This document shows positions 25,336 through 38,469 of a DNA stretch of 64,000 nt, in pieces (position 1 is the stretch's first letter; every line of letters begins with the position of its first letter). A program made the translations under genes and the position numbers. Origin of the DNA: Lama glama (taxonomy: Eukaryota); assembly GCA_028534125.1 (NCBI GenBank), contig CM052816.1, forward strand, positions 91,328,001 through 91,392,000, in the 5' to 3' direction. The notes beneath the pieces were generated by a model, which was given only the letters and a program-made list of their open reading frames with translations, had not been told where the DNA came from and ran no database searches.

Positions 25336-27539
25336 CATCCATGTTATTTTGCTGTCTGAGTCACTGTGCATTGTTTATCCAGAACTGACAGCTTTTATGC
25401 TGTCCTTCAAATACTAATGTTCATTATCATACTTGGTAGAACTGTATTAGTTGTAAATTGAATTATTTAGGGGATTTAGAAAAAAATTTAGACACCTTTT
25501 AATTCAAGAATTTAAGATCAAGGCTTATGATTATCTTAAGACTATGGCAATGTACAATCTTGTGCAATGTCATTTTGACAGGTGAAGACTGAAAATGAAA
25601 GCATTATCTACAACCACATTTCTTCAATGCGATAAGTTCCTAGGGCGTTCAGGGATTACTATTATTTTTTTTTAAATGTGCTTGCTGCCTGCCACTCTGT
25701 TACCAAAAATAAGCTAGCCTGAGAGCGCTAAGTGTTAGAAGACATTCCTGGGAACTATTTCATCAGGAGCCATTTGTAACAAAGCTTTCTTGACTTCTTT
25801 TGTACTACCTCTTTCTCTACTTGCCAATGGAACCAATTTCTGTCAAAAAAGCTGGACTTTTTTTTCAAACCAGATTTACTTCTTACTGCCAAAATGTATT
25901 ATGGAAAAATTAATTTATGCTGGTAGTTTATCTCAGCCATTTAAGAACATCAAACACACCATACTACAAAATTGTTTTAGGAGGCAGGAGGGTGGTCTGG
26001 GAAAAAAATAATCATTTGATGTTTGAGTGGGAAAATATGAAGTCAAGAGCTCAAAAGTTCTTTGTTAATAGTTCTGTGACCTTGAACAAGTTACTTTGCC
26101 TATATGATCCTGGCTCTTCAGCTCTGAAATGCAGCCAAGAATACCGCCCCAAGAGCGAGCTGGTTGTGTCAAAGACATCAAGGGGTTACACTAGTGAAAA
26201 TCACCAGTGATTTGGATAGACACACTGCTGTGTATAAATCCAGTGCTCTATGATTTTACGGTGTACGAATTTGGAAACTACTGCACGGTTTTCCATCTAG
26301 TTCTCTGCAGGTAAGGTGGCCAGCTTATTTTAGAAAAGAACTGAGGGGACTGTTGCCCTGCCAGATGATGAGTCCTAGAGAGGTTTTGCAGAGTGGAGTT
26401 ATAGAGAAACTGCCTGGCTTCCGGGTGCGAAACACTGAGATCCAAGGTTGCAGCAACTTCTGCAGAGGAGTTGTAAGTCACCTCTTACAAGGCAAGGGTG
26501 AAAGTGACAAGCCGCTACAGGACGTGACACCATGGTTCACTAGGAGGAACCACCCCGTCACCAGAATATTTACAAATAAACCCGGATACTCACTGCAGGA
26601 GGGAGGGGGCGAGGAGGGCGGAGGGAGGACGCAGGTTCCAAAGGCTTCTGCTTTTGGGGCTCTAGAGGATCAGTGAGAAGGCCCTTGAGGCAGAGGGCTC
26701 AGAGGGCTGGAAGCGATCAACTGGGAGCGTCAGTTGGTCCCCAGCGCCCGGCGCGCTCTTTTCCTTGCCGAGGGTTAGCCGGCTCGGGTGCGCCCGGGGC
26801 ACCAGGCTCGCTAACCCCGCTCCCACGCGGGTCTTGGCTTCCATCATCCCGGCCCCATCCTGCCCAGCGCCGCCGCCTCCCCCTTGTCCACCCAGTAACG
26901 GTTTCTGGACCCGCGACCTCCAACCCCTCCCCCACCGTCCAACTCCCGAGAGCCGCAGTGCCGCGCGGTCAGGAGAGGGGCAATCCGCCCCGGAACCGAC
27001 GTGAGCGGCCCCGGGGCGGGGTCGGTGGAGGCGGCCGAGGGATTCCCCCCACCTCCCAGTTCCGCTCGTCGTCTCCGCACCTCACCCGGGGTTTGCACCC
27101 GCCCCCTGCACATCCCCCCCCCTCCGAACGACCCTCCGCCCCGCCCCACCCACCCCGCTCCAGCTCCCCCAAAGACCTCCTCCCCCGTCCCACCCTCCTC
27201 CTCTGCGCTGCTCCTCCCCCCTTTCCCCAGGCCCCTGTCCCCTCCATCGGCCCCCTCAGCGGCGCGGCTCTCACGCGCCGCGGAGTTCGGCGCCGCCTCC
27301 AGCAGAGCCGAGCCGGTGGCTCCGCGGAGCAGCAGCCTCTGCCGCCGCTGCTGCTGGGCCCTCCGCGTCCCCTCCCCGTCCCGCCCCCCAGCCCCAGGCG
27401 CCCCAGTCCCCCCTCCCCAGCCTCCTCCCTCCCTCCCTGCCGCCTTCCCTCCTCTTTCCTCCCGCCCCCTCCGCTCTCCTTCGCCGGCAGCCCGAGCCCG
27501 GCCCGCCACCCGGGCTGGCAGGAGGGCAGCGGCGGCACC

Positions 27540-28094
27540 ATGAGCTTTGAGGGCGGCCACAGCGGCAGTCGGCGCCACGGGGCAGAGAGCCGGGACGCCG
27601 AGCCGCCCCCTTCGCCTCCCCCGCAGCCGCCGCCGCCGCCGCCGCCGGGAGAGCCGGCCTCGGTCCCCGCGGCCCCGCGCTACCTGCCGCCGCTGCCCGC
27701 GCCGCCCGCGTCCCCCGAGCGCCCTGCGGGGCCCGGCGAGCCGCCAGCCGAGGTGGTCCCGCGGCACAGGGGCGCGGAGGAGCTGCCGCAGCCGCCGCCG
27801 CTGCCCCTGCCGCCGGCGGGGCAGGAGGTGTCGGCGGCTGGCGACTTCGCGGAAGGTCCGAGGCGCCTTCCGGAGGCGGCTGTCCCTGAGGCGGCAGCTG
27901 GGAAGGGCGACCCGGGGGAGGCTGAGGCCGGCGCGGGCGGGGAGGGCGAGCGGAGGGGCGCCGGCGACCAGCCCGAGACGCGCTCGGTATGTAGCAGCCG
28001 CAGCAGCAGCAGCGGCGGTGGAGATCAGCGCGCCGGGCACCAGCACCAGCACCACCAGCCCATCTGCAAGATCTGCTTCCAGGGCGCCGAGCAG
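27540..28094 (+). CDS. MARCHF11: MARCHF11 coding exon 1 (185 codons; Pro/Gly-rich N-terminus and first two Cys of the RING-CH domain)
   Basis: ATG at 27540 in context GGCACCATGA; translates [17 protein letters not shown]...[19 protein letters not shown], recognised as the MARCH11 N-terminus; ends at donor CAG|GTAAGG (GT at 28095), phase 0. Confidence 0.95.
27627..27647 (+). repeat. Coding (CCG)7 repeat encoding polyproline
   Basis: Seven uninterrupted in-frame CCG codons in exon 1. Confidence 0.9.
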
Positions 28095-29282
28095 GTAAGG
28101 CCCGGCGGGACCCCGTGGCAGCTGGCGGTGGGCTCCGGTCGGGGCTGGGCTGGCTCCCTCGCGCGCTGCCGACCTTTCAGCACCACGGACAGCGCCCACA
28201 TCTCAGTTCTCCGCTGAGTCCTTGAGTGGAGGCTGCTGTGTGTTTCTTTTTTCTTTTCTGTGAAGGCGAATAAAAATGTCCCGGTGGCGAATACAGTGTT
28301 TAATTTGGTGTACGCTTCTTTTTCTACCTAGTTTTGCAGTTACACATTCCTCAGGTGCTTTAATGATAATGCTATAAGTATATATTTTTTGTAAATTGCT
28401 AAATGGATTTTGGCTTATACATAGAAACAAACCTATAGTTCTTTATTTACAAGTGTATCGTGAAGCAGATAACCTTAGGGTACAAACTGGAGGTGAGTCA
28501 TGTCAAAACTAAAAAGTGCAGTCTTTCCTTTTTGTAAATTTTGGTGACAGTCTCATTAATGTGAGAAGAATGTTACCTTTTCACAAGAGAAATAAACATA
28601 TACTTTGACCTTGTGAAAGAAAGCCTATTTTTTGCCAACAATGTACTTTATATGTTATTAGAAACACAATTCTAAAATTATAAGCTCCATTAGAGGTGCA
28701 TGCGAACTTAGAGTAATCATGGAAATAACAGGATAATACATCTCTCACAAAATGTGTGGTCTGAGAAAACATTAGGTTTAATATACTTATAAGTAAGGAA
28801 ATTGCATAAGAATATGCAGGCTTTCAGGAATATAGTGCCCTAAGTCAATATTTATGATGCTACATTTAGAAAAAATAAAAGCATAATGCTATTGCAAGCT
28901 GCTTTCTGGGATGGCATGCATTTCTTCTTTAGCAATGATCAAGAATAACTGCAGAGGAAATGCATCTGACCATCCACTTAAAAGTTATTAAAGAGATTTA
29001 ATAGTACAGCTTTTCCCCAAGGGTATTGGGAGCTATATCTTGCAGACATTTTGTATGTTGGTAGAACATTTATGTCATAACTCTAAGTAATATCTTTGAA
29101 ATAGTTTTAAGACTTTAGTTTCATTCCCATCAGAGGTATAAAAATTTAATTTCATTTTCTAAGATAGAGTCTGATGCTTGTATCCTTCTGAGTAAATGGC
29201 TTTGAAAGAAAAGAAAGCAAGGGTTGGATTTTTAAAACAGAGACATAAGCTAAATATTGATACTGAGTTGTTTCCTTTTCAG
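28095..29282 (+). other. MARCHF11: MARCHF11 intron 1 (1188 bp, GT-AG, phase 0)
   Basis: GTAAGG...TTTTCAG boundaries join the two RING-CH halves in frame. Confidence 0.93.
28176..28196 (+). promoter_or_regulatory. RE1/NRSE element (REST/NRSF binding site)
   Basis: TTCAGCACCACGGACAGCGCC, an exact match to the canonical 21-bp RE1 consensus, 82 bp into intron 1. Confidence 0.93.
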
Positions 29283-29438
29283 GGGGAGCTGTTAAACCCC
29301 TGCCGATGCGATGGGTCAGTTCGGTATACACATCAGCTGTGCTTGCTAAAGTGGATTAGTGAGAGAGGTTCTTGGACCTGTGAACTCTGCTGTTACAGAT
29401 ACCATGTCATAGCCATTAAAATGAAACAACCTTGCCAG
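29283..29438 (+). CDS. MARCHF11: MARCHF11 coding exon 2 (52 codons; rest of RING-CH/RINGv C4HC3 domain)
   Basis: Acceptor TTTCCTTTTCAG|G and donor CAG|GTAAAC; encodes [52 protein letters not shown]. Spliced to exon 1 it gives C-x2-C-x12-C-x-C-x7-H-x2-C-x12-C-x2-C, the RING-CH signature. Confidence 0.96.
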
Positions 29439-31829
29439 GTAAACATTTGTGACATTTTTCCCCCGAAATAATTTTGCTAAACATGAGTGCACTTGAGCTC
29501 AGTTATTACTAAGAGTATTTACATATGCTACTTAAGACATTTTATGCAAATTACAGTAAAACCAAGATTTAGAATTTGTAGAGATGTGCTTTGAGAAATC
29601 TGTGACACTTTTATCTGAGAAACTCAAAAGCCGTTTTATTCAAATGGTTTCCTTTATCAATTTGTTTTTTATTGGTGAAACTATCCTCATCTTTGTTTCT
29701 AAAAGGTCAAGTTAGTAAAATGTCTTATACCCCAATTAAGTCAATTTTTTAAATTAGAAATGTTACACAATTAATTCTAGTCATATTTTGTTAATTTAAG
29801 CATTAGAGCCCTAAATGGCTCCATTTATGGAAAATGGATTCAACTAAAGCAAAATTTTACTAGTCTGGAAACTGAGATTGAACCTACTTGTTCTGAACAT
29901 TCTTTTCACTTAACTAGGCTTTCTTTTTCATGTGAGGTTTTTTCACACTTAAATTTTAGCTACTTTCATTCATTGCTCTGTTCAACTACATAGTGGATGC
30001 AGAAGTATTCCCAACAGTTACTCTCAATAATACTACTGAAATTGTACATATTCTTAAAACTTTTTGTATATAATCACATAATAACACAATGCCCATAAGC
30101 CTACTAAAACCCTTGGGAAATTAGCTTTTGTGTTTGTTTGCTTGTTTGTTTGTATGGTCGAACTGATTCAGGTCCTTGGAATAGACTGGTGGAATGTAAG
30201 ATAAAAAATACTAAGAATGACACCTTAAGCTAAATCAGTATAATGTATAATTGATGAGATCTAATAATGACATGGGGCTGAAGTTTAGCAGACATAAAAA
30301 AGTAGGTTCAAAACAGAGACAAAAGAGCTAATGGGACGAAAAAGAAGAGAAACTTGAAAAGTTAGGAGGGGAAGAAAGTAATAAAGTCTAATGTTCCCTG
30401 TTTCTATTTAAATTACCAAATTTAGTTTGCATTGAGCAATATAAAATAGGTGAAATTGTTAGTAATTGCAGAAGGAACCTAGAAGCTGAAATAATAATTT
30501 AAATTTCATAGTTTTTAATGTGTGCATCCTTCATACAGTTTGCAATTAATTTGCATCTCTGATAGTCAACATTTGAGGCATGATTAGTGGGCATGAAATG
30601 AAAGTATGAAATTTCTCAAGCTGACCTAAGGCTTATGAATAATTTGGAAAGAAGGCAAATAACTAATGTGGATGAGTGATGTTATCATGCCGAAGACAGG
30701 CAAGAACCTGACACATGTTCTCAGAACCTCTAATTGATTGAACTACTTGCATATCAATTTATAGATCCATCATATTTGTCTTGAAAACCAGATGGAATCA
30801 TGTTCAGATAGTAGGACATGAGGAGTATAATTGAAGCTACAATAATTTTATAAATAGAGATGTGAGATGGGAAATGGAGAACTTTGAGTTTCCAGTGAAA
30901 AGCCCCATTGGAAGTGCTGTGACCAGTCTATTTCAGTTCAAGAGCTGAAATAGATTGCTAAATATTTCAGAACCTCTAACTTATGTCCACTAAATATTAA
31001 TTCATTTGGGATGATTCATTTTGAAGTAAGTAAAAATAGGTCCTTGAGTAATTTTAAAACAAAGAAGAGACAAAAGTTTGGGGCAAAAAGTACTATTTAC
31101 TAATTCTAATCTTACAGCAACATGAATTGATTACTACTGTATTTTGTTTCATCTTAAAAAGACAATCAATAATTATTTTAAGAAAAGCAGTTCCCCACAA
31201 TGTGTATAAGATATGACCAAAAATTCAAAAGAAAAAAACTACTAAAGTTTAAAAACTAACCTGGTATTGCTGACACATTTAGGATTCATTTTGTTATGAC
31301 ATTCGCAAACATTGTTGTAATCTGTGGCCTAATCTGTTTGCTCCAGTGAACTACAAAATAATATTCAGAAGCAACACTGATATGAGTATGATGATGATAT
31401 TTCAGATCATGCCTGAGAAAATAACTTTCCAGGACCACATTATATGCATATAAATCTCAGTATTCTTAATGTACAGAAATCAGTTATAAGGTTCCCAAAG
31501 CGCAGATTGTTATGCATATGAATAGTTTATTTTCAGATAAACTTTGACTAATTGTCTGGCACTTCCATTATTGATGACCCAATAACTGGGCACTTACTCT
31601 GATTTTTGGTTTTCTCCTTTGCTGGTGTGAGGCCAATCAGATTTAGCATTGATCACATTCATGCTTTAATGGCACGGCAGAGATACATTTTCTCAAACAG
31701 GAATGGTGTTATGGTCCTTCCCTTCACTTTCCATATCCCTTTGTTCTAAGTATAGAGCCTTCCCATAGCTGTGGTTCCTTGGACACAGAGCAGAATAAAG
31801 ACTGAATGATAATATTGAGAGAAAACATT

Positions 31830-32070
31830 TACCCAAAGTTACTTTGTGCCAGGCACTGTTCTGAGTGCTTTATACATAATGCTACTGATATTTAATCTTC
31901 AAAACAAACCTATGAGGTAGAGAATATTATTATCTCTATTTTATACAAAGTGAAAATGAGGCACAGAATAGTTAAGTAACTTCTACTGCGTACATCTCTA
32001 TCTAGTAGAAGGCAAAGCCAGGATGCATAGTCTGGTTCCAGGGTCCACGATCTTAGCCACTCTGCCCCAG
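31830..32070 (-). mobile_element. MIR SINE
   Basis: GTGCCAGGCACTGTTCTGAGTGCTTT...CCTATGAGGTAG...TGAGGCACAGAATAGTTAAGTAACTT. Confidence 0.8.
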
Positions 32071-32169
32071 TTGGAAAGTGTTCTCAGCTCCATCATAGCC
32101 TCCTGAAGTTTCTGGGTCTATCACAATTTATCCTGTGTTATGCTGAGTCAAGCAGGGTTTCAGCCCTTG

Positions 32170-32660
32170 TATTGTTGTATAACAAGCTCCTTAAAATACT
32201 TAATGGTTTAAAACAACAACTATCGTTTATTATCTCTTAAGAGTCTACCTGTTGATTGAGATCAGTTGGGAGGTTCTTCTCCACATGTGGTGTCATTCTG
32301 GAGCTGTACTCATCCATCAGTTTGACTGGACTGAAACAGCCAAGAATGGCTCACTCATTCTACTTGTTGTTTGTGCTGGCTGTTGGCTGGAAGCTCATTG
32401 GGGCTGCCACCTGGTACCTCACTTCTCTTTCTATGTGACTTGGATGTCTCACAATATGATGGTTGGTTTCCAAGAGTGTGAAAGTGGAAGCTGTAGATCT
32501 CTTAAGGCCCAGCTTTGGCTCAGCAGACATGGTTTTATGTCTGCTGAATTCCGTTGATTCACGTTAGTCACAGGACCAACCAGATTCAAGAGAGGGAAAA
32601 ATAGACTCCACCTCTAGAGTCTGCCCTTCTTTAAAGAGGATGGACATCTTTAATCTACCA
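32170..32660. mobile_element. Old MLT1 LTR
   Basis: CCAAGAATGGCTCACTCA...CAGATTCAAGAGAGGGAAAAATAGACTCCACCTCT. Confidence 0.7.
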
Positions 32661-33529
32661 TGGGAGAGAGCCTCTAAAATGACACTATCAACTTACCCTG
32701 GGCTCTGTATTTGGTCCTCATCAGGTCCAGATCAGTCAACAGCACCACAATTACTTCTCTCCCAGGGCTCAGAAATAAAGAAGGTTAAAAAAAATATATG
32801 GGAGTTTACTCTATCAGTGGTGCTTGATACATATCCTCAAGAACTTTCAGAAGTGATTATTAACATGATGCACCTCTTGGTGTTCAGAGGGACAAGGGGA
32901 CAGAGAAGGAACGGAGCAGCTAATCAGGAAACAGGTGTGCATGAGGGAAATATGTTGCAATGAGTCTAAAACCTTAGCTTTCCTTGTTTTTCTCATTGAG
33001 ATTAGATTTTTTTGAGAATATGTGTCTAAACCTTCCCATTTTGTGAGATTTTTAGCGATGCTCAGCAACATGATCCAGTAGAAAACTGATGATGTAGCCT
33101 ATATATTTAAACCTTAATTACTGTATCATCAGCAGTAGGAGTTAATTAAGACATTAGAAGTAATTAACATGCATTTACCTTTCTACCTACTTGCAGAATC
33201 TCTTTTATTGATTAACATACTCAAGATGATGCATTAATGTTATCTTAAGAGTAAAAGCTAATTTTGTTTTGAATCTCATAGTATGGTATAAAATTAGTGG
33301 AATCTAAGAACACATAAGACCAAATTTATTTTGAGATGTTGGTGATATTCTAAACTAATTAAGCTAGTATATTCAAGTTTATGAATGCTTTCAGTACTTT
33401 TTCAAGAGATAGAAGTGTTTGAAGAGATAACATTTACTAGATAAAGTATTGTATGGGAAACTTTAAACTTGTTATAAGAGATGGACTATAAAATCTAAAC
33501 AGAAAAACAGAATGTTAATGGAAGACAAT

Positions 33530-33710
33530 AGGTATGCTACCTTGCAAGAGTGGCTCAACTATTTCTGCCTCAGGCAACTCATCTATAAAAAATAACAGTG
33601 GCACCTATTTTACACACACTTTGAGGATTAAATACATATATACATATGAAGTGCTTAGAGTAGTGCTAGCACGTAGTAGGTGCCATTTTAATGTTGGCTC
33701 TGATTATTTT
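33530..33710 (+). mobile_element. MIR SINE fragment
   Basis: GCCTCAGG..CTCATCTATAAAA...GAGGATTAAAT...GTGCTTAGAGTAGTGCTAGCACGTAGTAGGTGC. Confidence 0.7.
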
Positions 33711-36700
33711 TACCTGTTTTGTCATTTAACAGATGGGGACCTTCATTTGCTTACAGCAACAGTGCTTACAGGTCCCCGTTGTTTCCTTCAGTCTGTTGCC
33801 ACCAAAATGAAATTAATGACTCTTCTTTCCATGTCATTCTTTGCCTCTGTCTTTTTACTCCCTGCTTTTTGTAGGAGAGCCCACCTGGGTTTCTGACCAA
33901 ATTTGTTATTGATAATAAAGAATGCATCTGCATATTATTAGCAAGTCAGATGTAATAAGATATAATGATCTCAGCACATGGGAACATATTTATTCTCCAG
34001 GTGTCCCTCCCCCTGGGTCTTTATTGAAGTCTGCTCATAATCAGAGTCATGAGATGCTTTTGAAGAGGCCAAAGCACAGGACAGTGCTATTCAGCATTGT
34101 CATTGGGCACCCGTGTGTGTTTGTGCTTTGGAGAGACCCCTGTTGGTTGCGGGGGGGGGGTGAGCAGAAGAAGCCCCAGAGCTCCGCGAGTGGCAATCAC
34201 AAAGGCACAGGCAGGTGGCTGAGCATCAGTCACCGCGAGCAGTGGGATCCCTCCGCTTTCCTTCCTCCTCCGTTGCTCAGAGCACCAGGGGAAAGGACTG
34301 GCAGAGGACTTGAAGAGTAGGGATGGAGACTTGCATGGGGCCACCTTCCTCTGCAGATAATAGGGCCCTGGCCATTTTCGCTCACCTGTAACACTTGTGT
34401 TAGTATTCCCCTTGCTGCTTTTCCTTAAAGCTCATATGATGGGCTGTCAGGAACAAGTCTTCTTACAGCAGTGAGAATGACTGGAGGGTCTCCTAGGAAG
34501 AAGGAGGACTTTGAGAGTCTTTTTTATTTTTATCCATAGTCTTAAAACCCTGGGATTTATCATGATAGTTTGGAATTAGAGAGGAAGTTGGCACCAGGTA
34601 GGTTCATCTTGGCTACGTTTCTAAGGTACAGCTTCTGGAGCTATTTGCAAAACGTTTAGAACTTTAATGAACTTCTTGAGGACCTTGTGATCATTATTTT
34701 CTTAAATGGGGCTCTGTCCTGAAAGGGGTGTTTCTTCCTTCAGAAGTGATTAAGTTGTTCCCATGATGTCACTGATGCAGTAGAAGAAGCTGACGAATTA
34801 TCATTGAAAACTGATTGTGATTTTGAAAACGTATTAAGAAAACATCAGAGCATGAATTTTATCAGCATTGCATGCTATCATTTGAAATACTTCAGGTATT
34901 TGCATTTTATGGATTAAAAATGTCTGCAGGCATACAGCCTGGTTGAAGTGGTAAAGCCACCCCTTTTCTTTCACTTTTTCTCTAACTGTTGCTCTTATTA
35001 ACATTCTCTGTAGGTTTAATAGCAAATAACAGGCAGAGGGGAAGCTTTTTATCACCATGCCTGAATAACTGAGAAACAATGGTAAAGTGTAATATTTAAA
35101 TGCATGTACTGACATATTTTATAGATAATTAAAAATGTCTAAATAAACTAAGAACACATCATGAGGCAACCCCCGGCCTTTGAAATTATTTTTGTTTCAT
35201 TTGCTGACTAATTCTTAAAACACTCAAGTCTGCATTTTATTCACTAGAACAGATTAATGATCCTCTAGTGAATAAAATACAGAAATTGCACTTTGTCTCC
35301 TACTATAGCCAACTTATTTACTGTACAGGCCATGTGTATGGTGATTTTACAGTTTGCTTCAAAGCCAGGTGGTCCTGAGACGGCAGTAAAAAGAGATGGA
35401 GGCCACTGAGGGCATTGTGGGATGGTGTTTGCTTTTATCCTTTACGGAGGGAGGACGGAGGCTGATGTGGTCCTGAAGGGTGGTGCTCTCCAGAACTTTC
35501 TTCCCCACATGGATCTGCTTTTCTACATTTTTCTAGCTCTTTTTAAGTGTATTTTCCTTTTGACCCTTTCTCCTTTTTGCTTTCTTGATGCCTCTAATCA
35601 GCTGCCCATAGAAGGAAGAAACTTTTGAGTGGGACAGATTTTTAGAGCATATTATGTAACACAGCTCAATGTAGCTTAATATCGATTTTCTTGGTCACTT
35701 TATGGGCATTCAGTGAATACTGTGACATGAATGAATGAATGAAATGAGTGTTATGGTCAGGTAGAGAGAACCAGCATGTTCACATTTCTGCCGTGAGAAT
35801 ATGACTTAAGGAAATCAAGCTGCATTTATCTCCCACACATTAGCCATCCACTGGCTATCATTTCTAAACCTGTTCTTAAATTGATCTGATAATCTGATTC
35901 TGAATCTGCCTGGGAAAAATATGTTCCATTCTTCAGACCATAGGAAAAAGTCTTAAGAGCAGGATCTATTTTTAAAAGTCTAGAATGAAAGAAAAAAAAG
36001 CTTCCAGTGAGACATATCTGCTCTTTTCAAAAAATAAAATGTCATGAAAAAAGACTCCTTGAATGTGAAATTACCCATGTGTGACACACTTACTTTCTTG
36101 AGGTTGTCACTGGTTGAAGGAATTCATCTAGCATTTGTTCAGAGAATTTGAATAATTTGTAGGAAGTTTTACTGTATGATCGTGGGTAAAGATGAACTGC
36201 TTAGAATGTCTACTGGGTATCCTTTTTTTTTGGTATGAAATCTGCCACCTGGCTGAAAGCAAGGTGACATTTTTTTTTTTTCTGGATGAGCAGTTTGTAT
36301 AGTTGTAACAGAACTTCAGAAATGATTTTCCACTGGAGAGTGCAGTATTCCAACACAGGGAGATGCAGCCAGAGAACAGGCTATTTCTCCTTTACTCATT
36401 TCCTGCTTTGCCTTGGTGTGTGGCTTTGCTGTGATGTGACTGATGTTTGCTGAAGGGATTGGAACAAAGGAAACTCAGCTTCGTTCTATTTTCGGACCTT
36501 CTAAGAGTAGAGCTGGAGGACTCCGAGGGCAATGCTGGAGTGCTTCCGACCCTTCAGAGCGGCAGGGAGTGGACGAGATAATCACCTACAATTACAAGTA
36601 AATGGATGGCAGACACGGAGGACTGGGCCAAGAAAAACTGCACTGTGCCTTGTGCTTTCTGGATCCTTGGCTCTTTGACAGCATCCTCCTGGTGCCCATA

Positions 36701-38469
36701 ACTCATCATTCAACAGCTGTTCTTATGATTTAGCCAAATGAAGTCCCACAGAAGTAGAGGTGGACTGGAAACAGTCGTGTTGGGAAGGCATGACAAAAAC
36801 CCAGAAGCATGTCCGTGTAAGTGAAGTCCACAGGAGAACTTATGGAGGAGACATTTCTTATTCAGTCCTCCTTTTAGGGGTGGTATGTTCTGAAAGCTGC
36901 TTTCTGAAACTCTGTTTTTTTCTCCAGTTGTCATCTCTTCAACATAGTTCACTCTGCTGGTGACACCTGGGCAGTGTACCCCTAACAGAGGAACAGAGTT
37001 CCTTTGCCCTAATGCGCCTTTTGGTTTCACTTCTCATTTTGGTATGCTAATTATGTGCAAGTGGCCGAGGCTTAATTTGGGCCCAGGGGACCCTCCCCAT
37101 GTGCGTGGAGCTCTTGTTTCAGGAGCCCTCTGGGCACGCCTTTGTTATATATGGACTTGCAGTTGTGCCCTGACACTGATGTGTTGTGACTCTGAAGTGC
37201 AAAATAGTTCAAATAAACAAGGAACTATTTCAAGAAATTTACACAGGCTCCTTTGGTTGTTTAGGCTTTTTTAAAAAAAAAAAAGATTTGAAGAAGGATA
37301 ACATCTCTCACAAATATTAAAGGATTTTACTTGTATCCTTGTGAAAGAATATTCCAGAAGCCACCAGAGGTGCATTAGCTCATTTCTCCTCCCCACCCAC
37401 TCCCCAGTATCAACTTCTTTTCTATGCTACATTTGGACTTTAATATAAATGTGTATGTTAGTGTCCTCTCTATTAATTTGAAAGAAAAAAATAAAGAAAA
37501 TAAAAAGCTTTACCCAATTTTGGTAAAATTAGTTGTAACCTTCAGAGTACAATAGTAAAGAGCACAGGATTTGCCAGGCACGCATTGAGCATTCAGTAAA
37601 TATTTCTTTTTTCCTTCTTCAATCTCTTTCTTCCTCTTGTTGACAACATCTTACCCTTATCTTTTTACTGGGGGTAAGTGGGTGGGCAGTTTCCTGGGGA
37701 ACCTCCAGTTCTCCAGAGAGAAAGACTCAGTGAATGGGGGTGACAGTCCTTGCCCACACTGTGTTCTCTAGGACCAAGCATGCTCAAGCTCTAACCTGGA
37801 GGATGAAAGGAAATCCTGAATGCAAAACTATCTTTCAGTCCCCTCCCAATCTGTCCTTCACCTTTCACGGTGGACTCTCAGTCATGCTTAATGGCAGTAT
37901 GTAAATGTACTTAATAATAGAAATCATAGCTTCTATTAAAGGCATTTTCAGATCTAGACAAGACTTTTCAGCCATTTGAGAAGCAGTAGAAAAATGCTAA
38001 GCTAACAAAATTGCAAATAATTGTACCAAAACTTTTTGGGTAGCTTTGAGTGACACATGGTTCTTAGACTATGGGGAAAGGATATTGAAACCTCATTGAA
38101 GAGTTTGGTGAAGGAACCTCCTACCTCTTGTGTGCCTCTTCTCTCTGAACTACACCCTCCTAAGACTGAAGGTAGTATACATTACATAAAAGAAAATCTG
38201 TGGCAGAAATATCTTAGTTCATTTTGGACATGATTAAGCTCTACTACAGTAAACTTTAGGAGAAAATCATCAAGCATTCTTTGAATTGCTTGTGGGAAAA
38301 TTTCAATGCCAAGTGACAATGAATGCATAGAGATTATTAATATAACAGGGCATAACAATGGATTAATATGTGTCTTTTTTTGTTTAGAAGATGATCTTAC
38401 TCATGTCAAGGGGCAGCCTTAAAATATTTCATGTTTTTTCCTACTATGAATTAAATAATTAATACTTTT

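Larger units (their letters stand above)
26400..28300. promoter_or_regulatory. CpG island / promoter and 5' UTR of MARCHF11
   Basis: Abrupt rise in GC and CpG density over the AT-rich flanks; GC boxes GGGGCGGGG (27013-27021) and CCGCCCCGCCCC (~27136-27147); spans exon 1. Confidence 0.9.

Noticed and set aside
26308..26316. Strong donor-like CAG|GTAAGG upstream of the CpG island
   Set aside because: No supportable upstream exon or TSS; isolated donor motifs are frequent by chance.
26844..28199. 451-aa antisense ORF and other overlapping ORFs in the CpG island
   Set aside because: GC-rich shadow ORFs with Arg/Gly/Ala/Pro bias and no recognisable domain.
26673..28217. 514-aa ORF extending 289 codons upstream of the MARCHF11 ATG
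   Set aside because: Starts at GTG, has no upstream in-frame ATG, is low-complexity, and stop codons are naturally rare in a CpG island; its 3' end reads through the exon 1 donor. A non-AUG extension cannot be supported without ribosome profiling.
29196..29282. In-frame intronic ATG (MALKEKK...) and possible upstream acceptor at 29240
   Set aside because: The ATG product would lack the first two RING cysteines; the alternative AG has a poor pyrimidine tract; no evidence of use.
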